Source: Lama guanicoe (lineage: Eukaryota). Taken from it: a DNA stretch of 64,000 bases. The stretch's first letter is position 1, and each line of letters starts with the position of its first letter. Below are positions 1-11,739 of this stretch, in pieces. The notes below the pieces were generated by a model. It searched no databases, was not told the origin of the DNA, and was given only the letters and a program-made list of their open reading frames with translations. Position numbers and translations under genes: made by a program. The stretch covers positions 9,395,095-9,459,094 of the forward strand of contig MU054391.1 of assembly GCA_013239625.1 (NCBI GenBank). Reading direction: 5' to 3'.

Positions 1-245
1 AGTCACCAGAGATCTTGAACAATTCCTTCCCTTCTCTGAGCCTTGGCTCACTAAGAAAGTAAGAGAGGTGGACAGGAAGTTCTACAAGGCTATTTGTAGA
101 CTTAAAATGATTCATTACCTAATTTCCTGGAAAGCAGTGCCAGCTCAGAGACGTAAAACAAACCTACCCTGTGCCTAGCTGATATGCTCGGCATCTGACC
201 TAACTTCTCCGAGGAGTCCCCTCACCTGTGAAGTGGGGTGACAAT

Positions 246-302
246 ACCCAGGCCCCCGTGCATGCTGAGCTTGCGCTCTCGCACTGAGCTATACCCTCCC
301 CC
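246..302 (-). mobile_element. 3'-truncated tRNA-derived SINE head (Vic-1-like)
   Basis: Minus strand reads GGGGGAGGGTATAGCTCAGTGCGAGAGCGCAAGCTCAGCATGCACGGGGGCCTGGGT, which aligns to the head of the SINE at 36164 and stops at the B box. Confidence 0.8.
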
Positions 303-499
303 TATAACCTCCCCCCAGAAACAACAATTTAAAGCAGCACCTCCTACACTGTGCTCCATTGAAAACCAAGGTTTTCACACAAGGTTAACCGAAACTCCAA
401 AAGCAAAAACAATAGAAAAAATTGTGGAGACCAAATAAATTTGGAACTGGGATGATCACTCTTGAAGATTCAGATGTTCTTTGAAATGGTAAAAGGTTT

Positions 500-960
500 T
501 TTTAAAAGCCCTGTAGCAAAGGCGTTAACATTGAGATACAGTTTCTGATCTGGGGACATGTTATTCATTATGTCTGGCACTGGGTAAATGACATTCATCA
601 ACAGCTACCTGTGTGATCTCGGGATGAGATCACTCGAAGTGATGGTGTCAAAAAGAAGAGAAGAAAACCAAGGATGAATCATGAACAAGCACCAACACTT
701 CAGGGGTGAGCAGAGGAAAAGACCAGACAAAAGTTTAAGAAGAACCCAGTGGAGCTACGATGGAAGAAACACCAAGAGAGGGTGGAGATTTAGACGCCAA
801 AGAGGAGAAAATTTCAAGAAAGAAGCCATGATCAGGAGGGGTACCCACTTCTGAAGGATGGAGAAGTGTCAGACCGAGGTAAGAAGAGTGTGTTCTTACA
901 CCAGTAAGAACCAGTGGCTTCTCAGAGAGAGTGGTGCAGTGCAGTGGGCGGGATGTAACC
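500..960 (+). mobile_element. Degraded LINE2 fragment
   Basis: Purine-rich sequence with L2-like phrases (GGATGAGATCAC, CCAACACTTCAGGGG, CCAAAGAGGAGAAAATTTCAAGAAAG). Boundaries are approximate. Confidence 0.55.
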
Positions 961-1437
961 TCAAGAGCCCTTCCGCTTCCTTCTGTTCACCCTCCTCTTC
1001 CTCTTCCTGAACAGTTCAGTCCTAAAGCCACAGCATGGGGCTGAGCAGGGCTGGGGGAGTGAGGGTGTGGAGGAGATGCAGTGCCCCCTTGCGGGGTATG
1101 GGAGCCAGAGAAGGGGAAGGGAAGTCTGTTCAGGATGAGGGTGGACCACCAAAAGCAGGATGTTGGGGACTGAGCTGGGTGGGGCGGAGGGGGCGGGGGG
1201 AGCAGCGCAGCCCAGCCTGGGTGAAGACCCTGGGTAGGGCTGGTGGGGCGGGGGAGATGGCAAAGGTGAGAGGTTACATACAGGGACAGATAAAATAAGA
1301 AAACACATTACCATAACAGGAGATTTCTCACTTTTAGAGAAGGGAGTTACGAACATGGAAAGGGAAAAAACTAGAAAAGAATGTGTTCTGTTAAATTGGA
1401 ATTATACCTATTGTGTGAATTGATGGTTTCCAATATC

Positions 1438-1792
1438 CAGCATGTCCCAAAACGTAGGTTGTAGTTTTAAGCTTTAATAACTTCAGAGCAAAATGCTGCA
1501 AAGTTACAAAACATACCATTTGAAAGATTAACTATTTACATTTCTTTTCCATGCATTTAGTTTGTGACTGTTGAACTGCAAAGTTCTCATTTTCTCAGTC
1601 CTTCTGAAGATGGAGAACATGGACCAAAAAGTTTAAAACCTATTGTTCAGAAAATTTTAAATGCAGTAAGTATAAAAGATTTAAATAATCAAACCTTCCA
1701 GTAATGATTTTTGTTAAGTTCACAGTAATTTTGCTTCTGACACTGTTAAAGCTTAAAACATTGCTAAAAAGATGCTGTTGGGGTGACACTCT
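1438..1792. mobile_element. Non-autonomous TcMar/Tc1-like DNA transposon fossil with long imperfect terminal inverted repeats
   Basis: GTTTTAAGCTTTAA (1464-1477) is the exact reverse complement of TTAAAGCTTAAAAC (1746-1759). Imperfect complementarity continues about 60 bp inward. Termini CAGCATGTCCC and GGGTGACACTCT resemble decayed CAGGGTGTCCC-type ends. Confidence 0.7.
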
Positions 1793-2019
1793 TCCTAGAT
1801 CCTCTCAATGGATACAGCTAGGGAACGTGTATAGGACATGTCTGTGTGTTTGTTCCTGTGTGTACATACAACATGTACGCTACACACAGGTACAACTGTA
1901 TTTTTCATCTGTAGATATAAATGTTCTGCACTGTAGCAACGAGCACCACTAGCACCCAAAACTTGGTTTGTAAAGATCATTCTTCATTAAAAGAAATACT
2001 TTACAAACATAATATGCTT

Positions 2020-2545
2020 GAAGAAACTGACCTCAGATGGACACAGCCTCACCTCTGTCATATTTCTGCCAAAGATGCATAACCTGAATCTAATCATGAG
2101 GAAACATTAAACAAACCTAAACTGAGGGACAGTCAACAAAATAACTGGCCTGAAATCTTCAAAAGTGTCAAGGTCACTAGAGTCAAGAAAAGTGGAGGGA
2201 TTGTTCCAGACCCAAGAAGACAGGACACGTAGACACATCGAGCGACTCTAAACTAAATGCATTTGCCCTAAAAAAAATCACTGGGGCAATGGACAAAACT
2301 CAGATGGTCGAGGGTTGACAAGAGCACAAAGCAGCGATGTTAATTTCATGATTTTGTGCACATGTTGTGTTTATGCAGAAGATCGTCCTTGTCTGCAGGA
2401 AACAACCCGGTGAAATGGGGCAGCAGTCGGCAACCTAATCTCAGATGGTTCAGGAAAACAGAAGTGTTTTGCGCTGTACTCCTAACTTTGGTACATTCAA
2501 GACTGATTTAAAGGGGTTTTTTTTTTCCATTAAAATAAAAAGGAA
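2020..2545 (+). mobile_element. Old L1 3' UTR (L1MC-like)
   Basis: Characteristic text ATGCATAACCTGAATCTAATCATGAGGAAACA...AAAATAACTGGCCTGAAATCTTCAAAAGTGTCAAGGTCA, ending in an A-rich tail. Confidence 0.75.
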
Positions 2546-3159
2546 ATACGGACTCTCAAGAGACTCCATTCCTTCATCTGCCAAACGGAAGTGTTGGTGC
2601 TTGCAGAGGCTTGTTGGGAGAATAATAACGTGCATGCATTTTTCTTTGTTACTCAGGGAGACACTTTGCAGACTTCAGATACTAACTATGGAGCGCTGGG
2701 GGAGACAGCGGCGTGCGGCTCGGCCGCGGGAGAAGGCTGCATGAGCCCAGGGCAAGAGGGAACGTCTTGCCTCTGAGAAACAGCGAATCAGTTTATCCGT
2801 GTCTGTTTCTTTTTGTTTTTCAAGACAAGGTAAATTTCACAGTATTGGACCCTGCTCTCATTTCCCCCTTTTGCCGACATTTGCCGAAGCTTGCAAACCC
2901 AATCTGGAGTCCCTGGCCTCAGTCCTGGGCAGCCGCCCAGACAGAGACCCTCACGTTCTCTGCGTTTGTCCTTCCCCTCAGCCTTCCTCCTGCAAGGCCG
3001 GTGTGCCCTCAGTGATGACCAGCGTGGCCTCTTGTAAAAACCTAAAACACCAAGCATAAAATGAAAATCCCTGGTGAGGAGCTAAGAGTGGTTGGACAGA
3101 AGAGGAGGAGAGACGGTTCTTACACCTTCACTATCTTTCACATTCACCATCACGTGACT

Positions 3160-3410
3160 GGATCAGATTCTCAGTGGAGGGGGTGGGAGGCAATTTTGCC
3201 CCCTAGAGAACATTCCGTGGTGCCTGGATTCATTTTGATTGTCACAACTGGGGGCAGAGTCGGGGAGAGAGGGGACGTGGTCATCACTGGCATCCAGGGG
3301 GCAGAGGCCAGGGGTATGAGTAAACATCCTGCAACGAACAGGACAGTCTCCACAACAAAGAATTATCCAGCCCAGGGGGTCAACAACAGTGTGAAGGTTG
3401 AAAAACCCTA
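3160..3410 (+). mobile_element. MER20-like hAT-Charlie MITE
   Basis: ACTGGCATCCAGGGGGCAGAGGCCAGGG...ACAACAAAGAATTATCCAGCCC...GGTTGAAAAACCCT matches the MER20 pattern. Confidence 0.8.
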
Positions 3411-3759
3411 GAACTTATTATCTAACGAGAAATACACATGAGTTAAAAATATATATATTTAGCTTCTGCTTTGAATCAAAAAAAAAAAACCAACATACCA
3501 CAACCATTGATGTTTCAATACGCTAAACCAGATACAAGACGTGGGGTTTAAGTGCCTGATTCTCAAGCATGACAGTACAGAGCATCTGATGCACAAAGCC
3601 TGTTCTAATCCAGGTCACTGTGCTTGGCAGGAAAGATGAAGTCCTTGAGGTAGAAACAGGGTAATAGAAAACGTCTGGGGTTCGGGGGTCAGAGGCCAGA
3701 ATTTAATTTTGGATCTGTCGATTAGTATTTTCACAACTGGCCAGGAATCTCCACCTTTT

Positions 3760-4000
3760 GAGATTTGCAGATACTAACTAATACACATAAAACAGATAAA
3801 CCACAAGTTCATGCTGCACAGCACAGGGAACTGTATTCAGTAGCTTGTAATAACTTATGGTGAAAAAGAATATGAAAACGAGTATCTGTGTGTTCACGTA
3901 TGACTGAAGCATTATGCTGTGCACCAGAAACTGAGACAACGTTGTAAACTGACTATACCTCAATACAAATATATATGTATAAAATTAAATTTTTTTTAAA
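3760..4000 (+). mobile_element. Lineage-specific L1 3' end inserted in a MIR
   Basis: GAGATTTGCAGATACTAACT...AGCACAGGGAACTGTATTCA...TTGTAAACTGACTATACCTCAAT followed by an A/T-rich tail. Confidence 0.85.
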
Positions 4001-7000
4001 AAGGTGGTTAATATACTCACATTGCCATCCATTGCACCCCTGACTCTGTTGACCCACACGCCCCACGTGGGGGACACACCAAAGCAGACCTGAAAGGCCA
4101 GCCTCCGTTTTAAGCAGCACCCAGATTACAACCCCTATTCCTGAAGTCCTTGCTTCCAACACGAGCTTAAATGCCTACTTCCTGCCCATGTCGGAGCAAC
4201 GTGGTGTCCTCCCCATGGACCTTGGAACCACTATGCCTCAAACGCTCTCTCTCTGGCCCCTGTTTTGAGCATCCCCCTATTTTTCTGATCTCTGACCTTT
4301 GCAAAATCTGTCACCAGGCTGGAGTTGACTCTGCTTTCACTACTATATCGGGCTGAGGGACAGGGGTCCCTGTGAGATGATGGATATGGAAACAGTTTGT
4401 AAACTCGAATGTGCTTCACAGATGTAGGAAAACTGTTCTCAGGACAACATCCGTCTCTCATCTCCTTATAACCTGGAGCCACTCATTCCGTGTAACCGAT
4501 GTTCAGTACGTGTGCTTTGCTGTTCATGAAGCTCACAGTTGTGGGGGGGATGAGGGCTGGGGGGGCGGGAAGTGGCGGGGGAGAGGATGAATTGCAGTGG
4601 TGGTCCTCACAGAGCTCACCCACAGTGAGCAAGACAGACAGCTCCAGAACCAGCGGAGAATCCTACCAGGAAGTGGGCCCATGTGGGATAGAAGGGCATG
4701 TCCCCTGAAGACTGTCAGGGACTGTCTCCCCTGGAACGCCAGGGGGTCCAACACAGCCTCAGAGTCTCCCTGTGCGCTGACCTGATTAGATCCGACCTAG
4801 GGGACCGAATGGTCATTTTTCACAATATACACACCCTAAAGTCATCCAGAGACGGCCATCAGCCTTGAGATTCTTCCTATAAAGAACAGACTGAAGAAAT
4901 CAGAGACATCAGCCCTGGAGAAGAGAGAAATTGAGCTGAAAACGTATTCTGTGATGCTGTGGAGGCCTGAATCAGGATGAAAGGGGGGGATTTCAGCTCA
5001 ACATAAAGACCACTCCAGTCACTCCTGGCAGTCCACAGCAAAAAGGCTGAGCCACGGGAACGCACGCATTTTTAATCAGGAACTATGATGTTTTAATCAT
5101 GAACTAAGATGGGAAGGATGGCAGCTTGGCTAACAAGCAACCACTCTGTGGAGAAGGCTGGTCATTTAACACATCACACAACTGCCTAATCATGAGGAAG
5201 CTCCCAGGGTCCCACACTTGCTGGGTGACGCTGCAGGAGTCACCGAATCTCACTGGGCGTCTGTTCCGTCATCTATCAAAGGAGGATGACCATATCTGTG
5301 AAGTATCAAAATCAAGGAAGATCAGTGAGCTCGCTTGGAGAAGTGTGAAGTTCAAGGTAAAGGGGGTGGATTTGGGTTGCAATCTGCCCCCTGCCCTGCG
5401 ATGTTCTTGGGAACCAGTCCCCATCTCTTAGAAAGTCTTCTCCATCAGTGCCCCCCTGCAGCCCACATTCGGGCCGAAGTGAAATTCTTTTTTAGTGACA
5501 GCAGCACAGAGGGAGTTCTTGATTTAATGAACTCAGTGGATGACATCGGGCTGTCTGCATGAAGATCGTATTTTATTGACGCAAGGGAGAACACAGCACA
5601 GGGCTTGCTGGGCCCCTGCGCGATCGTCCTGAACGGACCCCGTCCTTCCCTGTCCAGGGGTCCTGTGGTCAGCCCAGCCCTGGAGGGCGCCACGGCCAGC
5701 CCGCTGGCGCGGCAGGAGGACCCGACTCCCAAGTCCGGAGATTCCCACGCCTGCACCTTTCCTGATGCATAATTTGAGTCCAGGACTGTAACCACTCTGA
5801 GCTTCAGTGTTTTCAGCCGTAAAATTGGGGAGATCGTCTTAATTCTGATCTCGGAGCTTGCTGGGAGGATTCAATGGCACAGCCCCCAGCACCAGATAAG
5901 GGAGGCGCGTGTCCCTTCCCACGACTGCCCAGAAAACAAGAACAGTTCAACTCTCACACACGGTGCAGGACTCTCAAAGCTCTAAGTGACCAGCTATGTA
6001 ATGTGTGACATGTAAATCGGGTTCAGTTATTCCATAGAAAGTAAAAATGGTACCAAAAAATCACGATGCTTTCATCTACACGGAAAAGTAAAACCCTGAG
6101 TCCTCGCTTCCGAGAGAGGCTGAAAAGGATGGCACAGGGCCGGGGATAAGATGATAAAACTGTGTCCTCGGGGATTTGGGACCAGAGACACAAAACTCGC
6201 TCCCCTCCATGGAAAACACGACAGATGCGCACGTACTTACATGCCTGTTCGTGTGCACAGACACAGACACGCGCACACACGTTTGAACCCAACAGGGTCA
6301 AGAGATGACCACTGAGAGGCAGGCTGGTGTGGGGAAAGGAGCAAGGAGCAAACACTTCGGCGTCCAAGTGACATTCTGGGTCTGGGGTTTTCTTACCAGC
6401 TTTCTGACTTGGGGCAAGCTACTTCTCCAATCAGCATAAGAACTAACTTTCAAAGTTGGGGAGATTCAATCATATACATAAATTGCTGAATCTACTGTTT
6501 AGCACATGGTAAGTATTTTATATACGGTAGTTTTAAGTGGTGGCCATTATCTGTTTTAATGCACGTGATTGTATTAAAATATGCTGCATGTTGGCTGACA
6601 TCCCCAAGGTCACGTGGGGCACACTGGATGGCATAAGAACCCACAGTTCCTGCCCTCCGTCCTGTGGTCCATTCACCCGTTTGGTGGTAAGTCTGGCCCC
6701 CCAGAGAAATTCACCAAATCGGAGAATCCAGTTGCAGCCAGGAGCTCAGAGGGGCCTGGAAGGCTGTCTTCCAACTCCCTCCTGGTTATGTGGGTGATGA
6801 CAATCCAGGAGGAAGCAATCACAATGTTCGTTTATGGAAATTATTTGTTTCCAAAATTCTTTTTTGTGTACATTGCCAAAACCCTCAGTTTGTAATTCCC
6901 ATCCGTGGTTTCATGGCGGGATATAAGTAAACCTAAAGACATTTTAAAGAAAAGTGTCGCCTGATTAAACCTGCAAAAATATACACAGGTCAGGAGGGAC

Positions 7001-8530
7001 TGGCAGGGAAGAAAAAGAAAGCCAGGGACCCACATGAGGTGAGACAGTAACCATCCGCCTGCCTAAGACGGACAGCCAAGACCCCAGGAAGCATCCCTTT
7101 GACCTTTGAAAGGAGGGCAGCCCCAGCAAGGCTCCATCTGCTGGAATTAAGCTGGGCCATCCACAGTTCTAGTTAACACTGTTGTCACCCTGTATTGACA
7201 GAATGGGTCCCTCTGGGATTCGCTGTAGAAGAATAAAGCTGTGTCCCTGCTGCCCCCAGGTGCAGGCATCCTTTATAATTGCTCCACGTCCAGGCTTTGC
7301 AATCTCACCCGCCACAACTCTGGACCAGAAAGGATGTCGCAGTCGTTGAGCTTGAAGGTTACCTCTCGAACTATCATCTATTATCCTGTGTTATCACCAC
7401 ACAGAAAATGGACTTGGTCAAGCTACACAGAGTGATGAGATGCCTGGCCTGCCAACCGGGCTATTCATACTGGAGGAAGGATATTTGAAATCCCCGTCTC
7501 AGTATCTAACCCAGCATGATCCTTTTACAGGCAATTATCCCCCAGTTTGGGATGAAATTCAAATAGATGTTTAGAAATGCTCCAACCTCCGGATGAAAGC
7601 TGTGATTAATGTATCAGTGATTTTCCTCTAAAGGGCATGCAATCAAAAAGAGGAGCCAGCATATTAGCGCAATTAATGGAAATTAGACAGAGTTGTGGGG
7701 ACAAAGGGTTTATATTCTGGCTTCCAACGGTTTCAGGATTTAGACACCGTCAGGTCAAAATTTGTTGTGGCCGGAACCCAAACTGATTAACATTTGTGTC
7801 TTCGAAGGGGCATCACACATGCAGAGTGAACTCTGTAAATAGTAGAACATGAAAAGACAAGGTCCTGCCACGTGGAACTCAAACTTTGAACAGCATGTAA
7901 ACTGAAGGGCAGGCGGAAGCCAAGTTTTCAATCAGGGAAGGGATGCTGGGCTGAGGCCAGGAGGAACGCTTCGGGAGGACTGGAATGGAGTCAAGGTTAT
8001 TCGCACCAGCAGTGCCCCCTGCCCCCAGCCCTGCGTCCGTGAGCAACACGTCTGCCGCTGTTCCCACAAGCCAACTTCAGGTGACTGGGTGGGCTGTGCA
8101 CTTCCCTACCTAGCATATTATCAATCCTTGAAATGCCCTAAAATCAACTTTTTCTGGAGTGCGGGCAACTCAAGGGCATATCCCAGCCTTTGCATTCTCA
8201 TCCTTCAACTCGATGCCTGAAGGAGAACAGATGTCCAGGAAATGCTTCCAGAATTACATTAGATTCAGGGCTGACTTCTCACATCTATTTAATTTTTAGA
8301 CTCTTCCTTGGGTTTCTAGACATGTGTATGCATCTTTCAAGACCCCCTGTATGTTGCTTCCTCCCAGAAGCTTCCCTCATCCACTATCGCCCATGGTAGC
8401 CTGACCCTCCTCTGAGCTCCCAAACTGTTCACCGGTCCCTGTATCTACATCTAGCCTGTAAGCTCCTGGAGGATGAAGAGAATCTCTTTTTCATCTTTGC
8501 ATATTTCACTGATTTTTTAAATAGATAAGG

Positions 8531-8895
8531 TGATATGGACTGGAATGCATCCCTGCAAAATTTAAACATTGAAGTGTTAACCCCCTGTACATCTCAGAAT
8601 ATATATTTGGAGATATATAGTCTGGTCTTTAAAGAGGTGATTAAATGAGGTCATATGGGTGGGGCCCTAATCCGATATGACTGGTGTCCTTTTAAGATGA
8701 GGAAGAGACACCAGAAGTGAGCACGCACAGAGGAAAGGCCATGTGAAAACACAGCGAGGAGACAGCCGCCTGCAAGCTGAGGAGAGAGACCCTGGAAGAA
8801 ATGGATCCTGCCGACACCTTGATCTTGGACTTCCCGCCTCCAGAGCTGAGGGACGATGTATTTGTGCTGTTTAAGTCAGCCCAAGCAGACTGCAC
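8531..8895 (+). mobile_element. MaLR solo LTR (MLT1A-like)
   Basis: TGATATGGACTG start, GGGCCCTAATCCGATATGACTGGTGTCCTT, GACACCTTGATCTTGGACTTCC...CCTCCAGA. Confidence 0.85.
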
Positions 8896-10594
8896 AAAAA
8901 GCACAGAACATGAAACCATCTGGTATTTGTCCTTCCTCATCTAAGCAGTAAAAGGTGAAGCAGGGAGTAGTAGAAAGAGGGGGTGAGTTCAGCCCCCAAG
9001 TTCTGGAACTTGACAACACTGATAACCACCAGAATGAGTCCTACAATGAAGGATATACGTACGCCAATTGTGAACGCAGATTTAGAATGAGGCAGAATCA
9101 CCCAAAGTTGTGGACTTGGAAGTCAGACAGACCCGGACTGGAAGATAGGATCTGCCTCTTACCAGCGGTGTGTCATTTAAACTCCCTGCACCTTGGTTCT
9201 CTTATATTTTTCTTCCTATTTGAAACATATTCTTTTGCAGAGTCGTAGCCTAGACTGCCATGAACACCAATGAGTTGATGTGGGTAAAGCTTGTATCATG
9301 ACTGGTGCCTTCACAGATGCTGAATTAAATGGCAGGCACAATGAAGAAGGTGTTCAAAGCAGGGAGGCAGATATTTCTGGAGAAATGGAGGAAGATCAGT
9401 GCTCGATAGACGCTTCCTTGGAACAGCCCTCCTGACCCAGATGTCTGCCTTTTGTGAAGACCTCCACCATGAGGATGTCAGGACTGCAGTGGCCCCTGGC
9501 AATACCCTTTATTTTAAAAACTAATTCATTTTTTTAAATGGGACCCAACTATCTCCTGACTTGCTATCCCCCAAGGTCCTATTTGTGGTTGTGCGTCCTC
9601 GTTATGTCCCTAAACGTCCCATCCTGGGGAAATCACAGCCCAGGAAGAATCTCGGCTCTACACCAAGTCTCTCTAGTCCCTCAGGCACAGCGCCTTCCTC
9701 AGATGTTTACCTCTGAGGGCCCTCATGGGCCTTGATCAGCTCTTTTGACCTAGGGTCCATCCTGGACCATTTTGCGACAAGAATAAAACTCAAATAATCC
9801 ATGTTTAGGCTGAAGGACGCCACAGCTGCTGCCTGTGCTGTTGTCGGTGAAAATCAAAGTAACTTGGGCACCACTGGCTTCATGCCAGCTTCAAGGGTCA
9901 GGGCAGCCCATGGAATGTTCTGAGAAGAGCAGAACATTCCATGGCTCCCCTGGGCTTCCCAGTCTAGACCCATTAGTCAAAGGCCAATCAAGCGTCCTGC
10001 CCTAGAGCTACCAGCTCTCCACTAGGACCACCAAGTCCTTGCCGTGGAAGACTCCAGCCCCCTTCACACTGGGCTGTGCCCTTGTCCTAAGGGCCCACAC
10101 AGCCATCCCAGAATAGGCATCATTAGAACACGTCTCAGGGCACCAGTCCATCACACCTCCACCTCCACCTGACTACCTGGTTACAACACTTACTTGAAGG
10201 ACCAAAATGTAAAACAGACAAAAGTGAAGCTTCTTTGGGAGAAGAATGAGGGGTGTCTTCCTAGCCTGTCCCCTTTATCTCATGGCAGCCCCTTCAACAG
10301 AACCTCTGCCAGTCACTTTAAAAGCCACCGATTCCAGCTCAAATTCTTCATTTCGGCAGCTGGAGAAATTGAGACCCCAAGCAGAAAGTGGGCGATGCAC
10401 AAACACACAGCGGGTTAGTGACCAAGAGGGCGTGGCAGGCAGCGGTTTCCCAGGTCGGTCCCTCCAGTGGAATTCCACGCCACATGCTCTTCTTGTGATG
10501 CCAGGTCAACACTCGTCCACAGAGAAGCAGGGTGCGTGTTCCCAGCCCAGAGCAAGAAGAGACCTACTCTCCCAGGAAGAAGAACTCTCCAAAC

Positions 10595-11307
10595 CTGGGG
10601 TTCTCAACCCCCAGGGGACATTCAGAAACATCTAGAGGTGTTTTTATCTTGACCCTTTATCACCTATTGGCATTCAGCGGGTAGAGGCCAGGGACCCTGC
10701 TGTACATCGTGCAGGACACAGGACAGACTGTAACAGGGAAGAACAAACCTGACTCCGTATTGGACCTGCTCCTTTAGCGCTCACCCTGCGCTCTGTGTCC
10801 TGGGCTCCCTCATGCTGGTTCTGCACCTTTGGCAAAAAAGAGTGTTGCCTAGAGCCTGAAATCTACAGGACAGCCCATTCTCAAGGCTCTGACCTTTAAG
10901 GATGCAACACTTTTCCATTCATATAGAGATAAAAAAGTTGCAGAACAGAGAATAGCATTTGTCTTACCGGAGGTTTACAGGGACATCATGACCTGACCTA
11001 GGCGGCCAGCTGCAAGAACAAAGGATGCTGGCCCCAGAAAGTTTGCAACAAGCAACCACACCCCCTCCCCTTTTTTGTATAACAGGAGCCTGAATTCTGA
11101 CTTGGAGAAGACGGTTCTCCAGGATATTAGCCCACCATCTACTCAGTCTGGGGCTTTCTGAATAAAGTATTGCTTGCTCCAACACCTCGTCTCCCGATTC
11201 ATTGGCCTGTTGTGCAGCAAGCAGGACGAGATTGGGCTTAGTAACAAGGCCCCTCCAATGAATTATCCAGCCCCAAACAGCAGCAGTGCTGAGGTTAAGA
11301 AACCCTG
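10595..11307 (+). mobile_element. MER20-like MITE split by an ERV LTR
   Basis: 5' half at 10595-10728 (CTGGGGTTCTCAACC...GTAGAGGCCAGGGA) and 3' half at 11247-11307 (GAATTATCCAGCCCCAAA...GTGCTGAGGTTAAGAAACCCTG). Decayed 8-bp TSD CTCCAAAC/CTTCCAAC. Confidence 0.8.
10729..11246 (+). mobile_element. ERV1-type solo LTR, 518 bp (family A, copy 1)
   Basis: TGTAACA...AGTAACA termini, AATAAA at 11161, 4-bp TSD AGAC/AGGC, colinear with 41754-42271. Confidence 0.9.
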
Positions 11308-11739
11308 CTTCCAACCGCAGCAGAGCACGGGTATGTCCCTCAGAAAACGCCCCGGCAGAAACAGGATACCACGTGCCTTCAAGTTACATTAGACCGAGGA
11401 CGTTTCTCCTGAGTTTAAGGAGAAATCCACGTTTAATGAGCATATCTCCCTTCTGCTTCTAAAGAACAAAACTTCCCCTCTACACAGTGTCTTCCTCGGC
11501 TGGAGGTGAGGGTGAGAACCACAGAGATGGAATGACAACTTCCCCGAGGATAAAGTGGAGCGTATCGGTTAAGTCTCTGTTCTCAAAGAGTCTGTGGGCA
11601 AACGAGGATGGATGTTCACCAAAATGAATATTTGAATATTTCTGCCTGCTTCTCAGCATGGATCTCTAGAAGGGATTATTGATTCAGAGTTATTCGTTTT
11701 AAGGCTCTGGAGAGATTTTTCTCATGACTTTCCAGAAGT

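Noticed and set aside
892..911. 8-bp hairpins here, at 36390-36412 and at 63363-63389
   Set aside because: Stems this short are expected by chance in 64 kb.
1170..1260. G-run clusters able to form G-quadruplexes (also 4540-4585 and 61540-61670)
   Set aside because: Common in GC-rich mammalian DNA, with no promoter or other context to suggest function.
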